From contig CP149973.1 in NCBI GenBank assembly GCA_029269845.2, positions 840,001-872,000 of the forward strand: 32,000 nt of DNA, written 5' to 3'. The notes below the pieces were generated by a model, which was given only the letters and a program-made list of their open reading frames with translations, did not search any database and was not told where the DNA came from. Source of the DNA: Opitutia bacterium KCR 482. Its GTDB lineage: Bacteria; Verrucomicrobiota; Verrucomicrobiia; Opitutales; Intestinicryptomonadaceae. Positions within the stretch are counted from its first letter, which is position 1. Each line of letters starts with the position of its first letter. Position numbers and translations under genes: made by a program. Below, one piece after another: positions 24,693 through 32,000 of this stretch.

Positions 24693-26342
24693 TTATATGG
24701 GCTTGTCGGGGTTTACCGTCAAAGTGAAGTCGAACTTCAAGATTCTGGGGTTTGTCGGGTCTGTCCTGACGTTCGAGTAATCCTTGATGAACGACGAGCT
24801 TTTGAAGGAGTCGAGCAGCTTGTTTATGCGTTCGATAGCCTTGTTTGTGTCGTAGGCTTCGGGGTCGTCGGGATTGGCGTCGCGCAAAAGCAGGCGTCCC
24901 GAAAGTTCCAGATTGTACATGGGCTTTTTCGGGTCGGCGGAGCGCACGACGTGCAACTTGTCGAGCCAAACGTCCTTCTGCTCCATGAGTTTCTGCTCGA
25001 TATCGATGAACAGGTTAATCCAGTTCGACTTGGATTTCGCCAAGCCCTCCAAGCCCTCTATTTTCGAGGAGAGAAGCTTTACTTCCTTTTCGTTGTTTTG
25101 AAGCTCTTCAATTCGCTCGTTGATTGCGGGCGTGCTTTCGGCGAATTTTGCGATGTACGCCTTGTCCGACGAAATCGCGCCCGATACGAAAAGGAACGGG
25201 GGAACAGCCGCCAGCGCGAGCAACGCCGCGCCCAAAACCATGAGCGGTCGCTTCGCCGCGAACTCTGTTTCCTCTATAATGTGCCTGGGCAAAAGGTTTA
25301 CACCCATCGCGCCCTGCACCACCATTCGCGCAGCCTCGCCGACGAGTTCGCTCATCTGCTGGGAGCAGGCGTTGAGAAGCGCCTGATTCACGCCCGCCGA
25401 AACGGAGACGTTTGCGAGCGAGTCCAAAAATTCCACGTCCATCTTCTCGTCTTCGGCGATGTATTCGGCGAAGCCGGGGAGGAGCGAGCCTCTGCCCGTG
25501 AGGTAGATTTTCTTCGGAGTCGCCACGCGCCCCGTTCTGCGGTAGTTGAGAATCGAGCGTTTCAGCTCCAAGCCGATTCTCTGCATTACGCTCTTGGCGT
25601 TCGAAGTGAAGTGTTCCGCCGCGCTCGACGCCGTGGACGACATTTCGACGTCCTCGTTATTCTTGAAATATTTGCATTTGAGGTCTTCGACAAAATCGAA
25701 GCTCTGCCCCATCGAGTCCGCAATCGCCTGAGTGAGGGCGTTGCCGCCGACGGGAATGCTGCGGGCGAAAAGCCCGTCGTCGCGCACGACAAGCATGTTC
25801 GAGAACCGCGCGCCCACGTTGAGCAGAACGACGTCGCTTTCAAGACCGCAGTACTTCCAAGTGTTGTAGTCGAGAATCGACGACGCCTCGATAGTGTCGG
25901 CTACGATTCCCACCGACGCCAGCGCCGCGCAGAATTCGTCCGCCGCGCTCGACTTCATGGAGGCGAGGAAAATTTCGGTTTCAATGCCGTCGTCGGCAAT
26001 CACCTGATAGTCCCACGAGACTTCGTTGATGGGGTACGGAATGTTCTTTTCCGCCTCGAACGAAACGACCTCCTTTTGGCGGGCGGCGTCCACATGGGGA
26101 ATTTTGATTGTCTTTGTAAGCAGGAGCATCGAGGGGGCGATAACCGTCGCCCTGCCCGAAACGTTCATCGATTTTAACGCCGAACGCAGAGCTTCCAACC
26201 AGTCTTCCTGAACGGAATAGTCGTAGGAAAGCTCCTGCATTTTGAAATCTTCAAGCACCAGCCTGCCGTTCTGCGCCGAGAACTTCGCCGCAGTGACATG
26301 CGTGGCCTGACAGTTTATTATGAGCTTATTTTTTTGAGCCAT
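24693..26342 (-). CDS. PilM-like actin-fold ATPase fused to a PilN/PilO-like transmembrane and coiled-coil module.
   Basis: PilM-type N-terminal patterns are present (LTKTIKIPHVDAARQKEVVSFEAEKNIPYPINEVSWDYQVI; IYLTGRGSLLPGFAEYIAE). The TM segment is LMVLGAALLALAAVPPFLFVSGAI. A coiled-coil C-terminal domain follows. Confidence 0.85.
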   Translation of the reverse strand: MAQKNKLIINCQATHVTAAKFSAQNGRLVLEDFKMQELSYDYSVQEDWLEALRSALKSMNVSGRATVIAPSMLLLTKTIKIPHVDAARQKEVVSFEAEKNIPYPINEVSWDYQVIADDGIETEIFLASMKSSAADEFCAALASVGIVADTIEASSILDYNTWKYCGLESDVVLLNVGARFSNMLVVRDDGLFARSIPVGGNALTQAIADSMGQSFDFVEDLKCKYFKNNEDVEMSSTASSAAEHFTSNAKSVMQRIGLELKRSILNYRRTGRVATPKKIYLTGRGSLLPGFAEYIAEDEKMDVEFLDSLANVSVSAGVNQALLNACSQQMSELVGEAARMVVQGAMGVNLLPRHIIEETEFAAKRPLMVLGAALLALAAVPPFLFVSGAISSDKAYIAKFAESTPAINERIEELQNNEKEVKLLSSKIEGLEGLAKSKSNWINLFIDIEQKLMEQKDVWLDKLHVVRSADPKKPMYNLELSGRLLLRDANPDDPEAYDTNKAIERINKLLDSFKSSSFIKDYSNVRTDPTNPRILKFDFTLTVNPDKPI

Positions 26343-26445
26343 TTCTCTTTTTTAAATTGGGATAGGAGCAAAATTGTTTGCGGGGTATTTCTTGAAACTA
26401 TCAAAACCGCCCCTTTATAGTAAAGCAATTTTTTCCGCAAAATGC

Positions 26446-26488
26446 AAAAAAAACGAATCCGCCGGGGGCTTCCCGCGCCCGACGGATT
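26446..26488 (-). terminator. Intrinsic terminator after the 224-aa gene.
   Basis: On the minus strand, AATCCGTCGGG-loop-CCCGGCGGATT is followed by a T8 run, 9 nt beyond the stop at 26497. Confidence 0.75.
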
Positions 26489-26496
26489 GCAAGTGG

Positions 26497-27171
26497 CTAT
26501 TTGGTCGGCAAATAGGTGGGAATTGCGCCGCTGGTCTTGTTGTACTCGTAGCGTTGGACGTTCAGGGGAACGTCGCGCAGGGTCATGAGCACGTTTTCGT
26601 TGGCGGCGGATGCCGACTGCACAAGCTTCTGGTAGCTGTCGTAGACTTTCTTTACGTCTGTCGAACGCGCGATATTTTTGGAAAGCATCGTCTTCATGTT
26701 CTCGCGCGAGAGCGCCACGGGCGTGCCGCCGACGCTAAGCTCTATGCTGTACGCAAAGGGGTCTTTTGATAGCCTGTAAATGGGGAACGCCTCCGGCGGT
26801 ATATAGAATACTACGGGGACTTTCTGGTTGCATTTTACCGCGAAGAGCTTTGCCTTGTTTTTTAGCACAATCATGTTTTCGGGCTTGTTGCGCTCCGACT
26901 TTTTAGCCTTTTCGTCGAGGTATACGAGAGTCAGCGCAACTTCTACATCGCGCACCCACTGCTCGTTGTTCGACTTGTCGTCGGGGTTTTCGTTGCCAGC
27001 AACTTCGACCATGATTCGCGTCCACTGCCCGGTCGACGCCAAGATGTCGGAGGGTTGCAGTCTTTTGAACTCGATTTTCGAGACGCTCACGGGGTCTGCT
27101 TTTGCGAAGAGGGAAGTCGGAAGCAGAGCCGCCGCGAATAAAGCGATAAACAAACTTTTCATAGATTTCAT
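26497..27171 (-). CDS. Secreted hypothetical protein (224 aa), positional equivalent of Amuc_1102.
   Basis: I chose the start at 27171 (MKSMKSLFIALFAAALLPTSLFAKA, a signal peptide) over the ORF-track start at 27243. It is the first gene of the minus-strand cluster. Confidence 0.7.
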   Translation of the reverse strand: MKSMKSLFIALFAAALLPTSLFAKADPVSVSKIEFKRLQPSDILASTGQWTRIMVEVAGNENPDDKSNNEQWVRDVEVALTLVYLDEKAKKSERNKPENMIVLKNKAKLFAVKCNQKVPVVFYIPPEAFPIYRLSKDPFAYSIELSVGGTPVALSRENMKTMLSKNIARSTDVKKVYDSYQKLVQSASAANENVLMTLRDVPLNVQRYEYNKTSGAIPTYLPTK

Positions 27172-27370
27172 GAAGTCGATTAAACTATTTTCCCCCCTTA
27201 GGTCAAACAAATTTTGAGCAACCCGCCCTCCCCGAAGCTGCAAATCCCCCGTTTGAGCTTCCCGCCGATACCGAAAAGCGGACTCCGATTATTGTTGACA
27301 AATAGGGATCGAATTTATTTTGTAGAGCGAATATTGGAACAACCAATAAAACCAACAGCACGAAAATTCC

Positions 27371-29896
27371 ATGAAAAAACTGACAACAATACTCCTACTC
27401 GCAGCCGCGCAAATCTTTGCGGCGGGAGCGATTGCCGCCGGCACAATCAGCACGAAAATCATTTCGCCCAAAGGCGCGACAAACCTTGCGGTTTTCGAGG
27501 GAGACCCAATAACGCTTGAAGCCGAAACAGAGGCACAATCAACAACGGAATCTTCAATGTACGCCTGCTGGTTCGTATCAACAGACGGCAAAAATTGGAC
27601 ACCCGAATACGAAGTAAACGACTTAAAAATAGCATCAAGTCATCAATATTTATATCAATACCGTGACCTTTATACGCTCGAAATCAAAGAGCTAAAAGAG
27701 ACCATGAAATTCAAGTTCGAAGTAATGGGCAGAGACAGGAAAAAAGCGACTACTGGCGTTTACACGGTTTCGGTCTACCCGCGCACGACGGTCGATGTCG
27801 GGCTTACTACGCGCTACGTTTTCGACGGCTCGAACAAAAAATACAAGGACGCCGACTGCAAGTTAAAGTTCACCGCAAGGGCGAGCGGCAAAGCCCCCTT
27901 TAAATACCAGTGGTACGAAGTTGTTGGCGGCGAAAAGACTCCCATCAAAAACGCAAAAGCCGCAAGCTACACCACGCCCAGAATTACCGACTTCAACAAG
28001 CAGTACATGGTTGAAGTCTCCAACGCCGCGGGCACGGTGGAATCTAAGCCAATCACGATAAAGCGGGCGGTTGCGGCGAAAATCGCAACGCAACCCGCAA
28101 ACGCGTTTAGCGGCGACAAAAACAGCTCCGGAACATTCTCCATTGTCCTTTCAGCCGATTCGGGCGAAAACCCCAAATTCCAGTGGCAGCGTTGCGACGT
28201 CGGCAAAAGCACCGCAGTCGAAAGCAACTGGAAAAGCGCGGGCGCGGCAAGCACATCGGGAGTTTGCAGCACTTTGGTTGTAAAAAATCCCACGGCAAAG
28301 CTCAACGGCGCACGCTACCGCTGCATTGTCTCAAACGCGGCGTCCGAAAAGCCGATTGTCTCAAACGCGGCAAAGCTCACGGTCTACCCCTCGGCTAAGA
28401 TAACCGCGCAACCCAAGGCGGCGACGGTGATTGCGGGCAACGAGTTCGAGCTTAACTGCGCGGCCACGGGCGTAAACGTAATCTACATTTGGGAAAAGAG
28501 CGACGACAACGGCAAGACTTGGTCGGTGCTTCAAAGCGGCAAAAGCGGCAGCCTTAAAATCACGCTCGACGAAGCCCAGAAAGCCAAGTTCCGTTGCAAG
28601 GCGGTAAGCCGCACCGAAAGAGGAAATTATATCTATCCCGAAGCCGCAAGCTCGGCGGTCTTGATTACCGCAAACGAGCCTGCGAAAATCGACGAAATCC
28701 TGATTACGCAACTCGGCGACGAAACGGAGACGGTCTTCATAGACTATCCTTTCGAGCTTAAAGCGGTCGCAAGCGGCAAGGCGATAAAGTACCAGTGGTA
28801 CGAGTCCTCCGACGGCGGCGCAAGCTTTGCGGAAATCCGCGGGGCGAGAGCGGCTACATACAAAGTCGCAAAGGGCAAATACAAGCGGGAGGCAAGCATG
28901 CTCTTCAAATGCGAAGTCTCGAACAAGTTCGGAACGCAGACTTCGGAAGCGTCCAAGACGGTCGCGGCGGAGCTTATGAATTCGCCCGTGCCCGTTTCGC
29001 TCGAAGGCTACGGATTTGTCGGCTACATCGACGGCGCGTTCACAAACGCAATCTTTACGGACAAGTCGAACATGCGCATGGCGGCGAAGGTCGGAAAGGT
29101 GAAGAAAGAGGTGAGATACACCTGCAAAAGAACCTCGCCCGTTTCGGCGGACATCTCGATTACCCTGACACCCTTTGACGATTACAAGGGCAAATTCGGA
29201 AAAGCGCAAACGCTCAAATACGAGCTGTCCTACGCCGACGGCACATACATGCTTTGCGAAAGCACAATGCCGTTCGATTACGCCGACAGAATCACCCTTT
29301 ACAAGCCTGACGTACCCGCATTTAAGGCGAACGAACTCAAAGACGGCATGACGTTTAAGTCGAAGACTACGCTCTACTCGACTATGACGTTTAAAATTAC
29401 GGACGCAAAAAAGCGGCAGTTCACATGCTTTAATTCCGACGGAATTGAATTCGGAAGCGGCACATACACTTACGCCGTAAAATCGCCCTCGACGGCAATC
29501 ATTACGTTCAAGCTCCCGAAACCTCCCTCAATATACGATTTGAAAACGCTCGAATTCGAATATGCCATCGCGTTCGAGACCCAGTCGTCCGCGTCTGTTA
29601 AGGGAGCTGCAATCTGCAACGAATACGCCGTAAGCAAAAAAAATGTGTCCAGATATTACGCTTGCTCCACCACGTTTGAGATGAAGACCGCAGAGCAGGC
29701 GGCGGGAAATTCCGTTGAAATAGTCAAAGCCCCGAACATCGACTTCAATGACAACCCGAATATCGGCTTCGAAGGCGGCGACCCGAACCTCGACCTCGGA
29801 GACTTCGACATCGGCGAAGACGGCGAAATAATCGGCATAGGCGACAATACTTGGGGAATCGGCGAACTTGCGCCCGTAGGCGCGGACGCCGAATAA
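27371..29896 (+). CDS. Secreted protein with four Ig-like repeats and an acidic C-terminal tail (putative adhesin or surface protein).
   Basis: The signal peptide is MKKLTTILLLAAAQIFAAGA. Four repeats each carry (K/Y)(F/Y)QW(Y/Q) (one variant is YIWEK) and end in a C/V-x-V-S-N-type strand (VEVSNAAGT, YRCIVSNAASE, FRCKAVSRTERG, FKCEVSNKFGT). The C-terminus is Asp/Gly/Glu-rich. Confidence 0.85.
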   Translation: MKKLTTILLLAAAQIFAAGAIAAGTISTKIISPKGATNLAVFEGDPITLEAETEAQSTTESSMYACWFVSTDGKNWTPEYEVNDLKIASSHQYLYQYRDLYTLEIKELKETMKFKFEVMGRDRKKATTGVYTVSVYPRTTVDVGLTTRYVFDGSNKKYKDADCKLKFTARASGKAPFKYQWYEVVGGEKTPIKNAKAASYTTPRITDFNKQYMVEVSNAAGTVESKPITIKRAVAAKIATQPANAFSGDKNSSGTFSIVLSADSGENPKFQWQRCDVGKSTAVESNWKSAGAASTSGVCSTLVVKNPTAKLNGARYRCIVSNAASEKPIVSNAAKLTVYPSAKITAQPKAATVIAGNEFELNCAATGVNVIYIWEKSDDNGKTWSVLQSGKSGSLKITLDEAQKAKFRCKAVSRTERGNYIYPEAASSAVLITANEPAKIDEILITQLGDETETVFIDYPFELKAVASGKAIKYQWYESSDGGASFAEIRGARAATYKVAKGKYKREASMLFKCEVSNKFGTQTSEASKTVAAELMNSPVPVSLEGYGFVGYIDGAFTNAIFTDKSNMRMAAKVGKVKKEVRYTCKRTSPVSADISITLTPFDDYKGKFGKAQTLKYELSYADGTYMLCESTMPFDYADRITLYKPDVPAFKANELKDGMTFKSKTTLYSTMTFKITDAKKRQFTCFNSDGIEFGSGTYTYAVKSPSTAIITFKLPKPPSIYDLKTLEFEYAIAFETQSSASVKGAAICNEYAVSKKNVSRYYACSTTFEMKTAEQAAGNSVEIVKAPNIDFNDNPNIGFEGGDPNLDLGDFDIGEDGEIIGIGDNTWGIGELAPVGADAE

Positions 29897-29941
29897 CCCG
29901 CCGATAGCCCTACAAAGCCGAACAAACAAGGCAAAGCAAAA

Positions 29942-29973
29942 GCCCCGCATTCAAAAAAACGCGGGGCTTTTTT
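29942..29973 (+). terminator. Intrinsic terminator.
   Basis: GCCCCGC-loop-GCGGGGC followed by TTTTTT. Confidence 0.8.
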
Positions 29974-30157
29974 GCGCAAAAATTCCGCGACGCGCAACGC
30001 AAAAAATGGCACGCCCCCAAAGTGCGATACACTACAAAACGCGCTTCGCCCAAAACAAAGCGCAAGCCGCCCGCAAGGCACGCCGCGATAAAAACAAAAT
30101 CCGCGGGCAAACAAAGCGCGCCGCGCTTCAAAAAAAATCGCGACGCGCCGCAAAAAA

Positions 30158-30534
30158 GGGAAGACTGCGGAGCGTAAGCCGGATTCTGTGGCTCTTGCGA
30201 ACCGGCATTCATTTATCTGCGCGGGCGGATTGCTCCGACCCCGCGCCTCCTTGCGGAGTGCGACATACCCGATGTGTTATGGACGAGCCGCCCCACACCC
30301 TACATTGTCTTGCACCGAACTGGGTTTGCAATGCCCGTCGGGATTGCTCCGACGGCGGTGGTCTCTTACACCCCCTTTTCACCCTTACCGCTTGCGCGGC
30401 GGTATATTTTCTGTTGCACTATCCATGCGGAGGCGTTTTCCGCCGCCGCCCCGTCCTTTCAAACGGAGTTCCGCCCTGTGGTGTCCGGACTTTCCTCTCG
30501 GCGAACCGAGCGAATGCCTGCCCCGCAGTCTTCG
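30158..30534 (-). ncRNA. rnpB: RNase P RNA, bacterial type A.
   Basis: The minus strand carries the universally conserved GAGGAAAGTCCGGAC (P4 5' strand), GGTAAGGGTGAAAAGGGGGTGTAAGAGACCACC and ACAGAATCCGGCTTACG (P4 3' strand). A P1 helix forms between GAAGACTGCGGGGC (5' end) and GCTCCGCAGTCTTC (3' end). The ends are accurate to a few nt. Confidence 0.92.
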
Positions 30535-30603
30535 AAAAAAAAGCTCTCACAAAAACGGCGCAAAGCGCAAGCAAATTCGCATCGAAACACGCCGCGCGAA
30601 CGC

Positions 30604-30644
30604 AAAAAAAACGCCGCCCGCCGGCGTTCGGCAAGGGGCGGCGT
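30604..30644 (-). terminator. Intrinsic terminator after the glycoside hydrolase gene.
   Basis: On the minus strand, AACGCCGCCC ... GGGCGGCGTT is followed by a T8 run, about 24 nt beyond the stop at 30668. Confidence 0.7.
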
Positions 30645-30667
30645 TCGGCGCAAAAGCCGCGCGGACG

Positions 30668-31999
30668 CTAAAATTTCAGCTCAAACTTCGCAAAGCCCTC
30701 CTTGTTGTCGGGCGATTTCAGCAGGCTAAGCTCCACCGAATTGTTGTCGGGCTTTGCCGACATCTTCGCGCCGGCCGCCGTTGCCGACTTGAACGAATAG
30801 CGCGCAGGAACGTGGATTGCAACCGTCGTCGGGAAGCCGTCCACAAGGGCGATTTTGCCTTTGAGCGTCTTTGTTTTGGCGTCCCACTTTTCGTCGAGAA
30901 TTTCGAAATTCGTCTGCGCAATGTGGCGGTCGGTTGCGAGAATGCGCGGGCGGTCAACCGTCGGGCGGGCGACGAGCACGCGGACTCCGTGCGCGGGCAC
31001 ACGGATTGCGTAGGGCGGATTGAAGTTGGTGTAGGTTTCGCCCGTCCAAAATTCGCGGCAGGTATACGAACCTTCGGGCATGCCGAGTTCTTTCGCGCTT
31101 GCCTCGACGAGCTTTTCCTCGTCGCCCCAGTTGAAGAATGCAATGACGTTATATTTGCCCATAACGGGGTGCTTTACCGCCAAGTTCCAGACGGGGAGCA
31201 TGTCGAAGTACGGATAGAGCGCGGCGGGGCGCACAATGGCGGCGGGCAGCGTCTGTTGGAGAATCTTCATGCGGTCGGGCGCAAGGTTTGCGAGCTTGTC
31301 GCCGAAGAACGTGAGCTGGCCGGGGAGCGCGACGATTGTGGCTGTCGTTCGAGCCTCTTCAAGCGGAAGGTCGCGGACAAGCACGGTGTCTGGGTCGGCA
31401 ATCATCGAGATGTTGTGCGTGAAAATCTGGTTGACGGTGCAACGCCCCTGCAAGAGCACGTTTTTCCACATGACGGGCTTGTTGGGGTGCACGATGTCCG
31501 CGCCCGTACGCGCCATTTCGGCGTACGCCGCCTCGGGCCCCGACGTGTGCCCCTGGCACGCAAGGAAAAGCCTGTCGCCGCCGATTCCCCTGCGGAACGC
31601 CTGCACGGTAAGCTCGAACGGGTTTGCGCACTTGGGATTCTTGAAGCGCGCGCGGATTGACGGACGCTCGTAGAGGTGCGCGCAGTAGCCCGCGTCGCGC
31701 CCCGACATGCCGTCGATTTTGAAGAACTCGTAGCCCCACTCGCGCGACGCCCTGCGCATGATTCCCTCTATGTGCGCAAGGGCTTCGGGAACGGTCGGGT
31801 CTATCGTATACAATCCGTTCCACGACCAAATAGGCTTGCCGTTTGCGTCGTGCAAAAACCAGTCTTTGTGCTTTTCGTAGAAGTCGCGGTTGCCCGTTCC
31901 GTATGGGGAAATCCAAATTCCCGGGCGGAAGCCGAGGGCGCGAATGTCGTCGGCGAGCTTCTTCATGCCGTCGGGGAACTGCTTTTCGTTTACCTCCAA
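30668..31999 (-). CDS. Glycoside hydrolase, alpha-galactosidase-like TIM barrel (GH27/GH36-type). The N-terminus lies outside the window.
   Basis: FPDGMKKLADDIRALGFRPGIWISPY and GYEFFKIDGM resemble the FPxG...GxKxGxW and (Y)xKxD blocks of clan GH-D enzymes. The ORF is open to the window edge. The family call is from memory only. Confidence 0.6.
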   Translation of the reverse strand: MEVNEKQFPDGMKKLADDIRALGFRPGIWISPYGTGNRDFYEKHKDWFLHDANGKPIWSWNGLYTIDPTVPEALAHIEGIMRRASREWGYEFFKIDGMSGRDAGYCAHLYERPSIRARFKNPKCANPFELTVQAFRRGIGGDRLFLACQGHTSGPEAAYAEMARTGADIVHPNKPVMWKNVLLQGRCTVNQIFTHNISMIADPDTVLVRDLPLEEARTTATIVALPGQLTFFGDKLANLAPDRMKILQQTLPAAIVRPAALYPYFDMLPVWNLAVKHPVMGKYNVIAFFNWGDEEKLVEASAKELGMPEGSYTCREFWTGETYTNFNPPYAIRVPAHGVRVLVARPTVDRPRILATDRHIAQTNFEILDEKWDAKTKTLKGKIALVDGFPTTVAIHVPARYSFKSATAAGAKMSAKPDNNSVELSLLKSPDNKEGFAKFELKF

Positions 32000-32000
32000 A

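Noticed and set aside
24444-26177. 577-aa plus-strand ORF antisense to the PilM-like gene. The same applies to 22741-23862, 22736-23506 and 23445-24404.
   Set aside because: Low-complexity Arg/Val/Phe-rich translations with no motifs. They overlap minus-strand genes that have signal/TM segments and conserved domains.
28361-29209. 282-aa minus-strand ORF inside the Ig-repeat gene.
   Set aside because: It is an Arg-rich antisense shadow of a plus-strand gene that has clear repeat architecture and a signal peptide.
30006-31660. ORFs 30006-30671, 30188-31660 and 30274-30729 (151-490 aa).
   Set aside because: They cover the RNase P RNA gene and the antisense strand of the glycoside hydrolase gene. 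Their translations are Arg/Ala/Pro-rich and implausible.

Overview
The window splits into two parts. All calls come from reading the sequence and from motif recognition; no database, HMM or structure search was run.

Left part (about nt 1-19,700): a compositionally mosaic genomic island around a tRNA-Arg(CCU) gene.
- A mid-GC integrative module holds a truncated tyrosine integrase, an AlpA/Xis-like HTH gene, a RecA-like ATPase and a DUF3987-like P-loop protein.
- Two class II Fic genes are present.
- A dense non-coding field (4.6-5.9 kb) carries three short-word iteron arrays, two of them built around related palindromes.
- A three-gene operon of small proteins lies upstream of and divergent from the restriction genes.
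- A low-GC type I restriction-modification operon runs hsdM-hsdS-hsdR.
- An orphan 1,234-aa ORF with no motif I can place follows the R-M operon. It is my best candidate for an undescribed defence gene.
- The island ends at an inverted 46-bp copy of the 5' half of the tRNA.

Right part (19.8-32 kb): GC-rich, core-like DNA.
- A five-gene secretin / Amuc_1100-like / PilM-PilN cluster is syntenic with the Akkermansia Amuc_1098-1102 pilus-like locus. This suggests a PVC-superphylum host (inference).
- A secreted protein with Ig-like repeats follows.
- An RNase P RNA gene (rnpB) is invisible to the ORF track.
- The 3' part of an alpha-galactosidase-like glycoside hydrolase runs off the window.

Many long ORFs antisense to the GC-rich genes are rejected as shadows.
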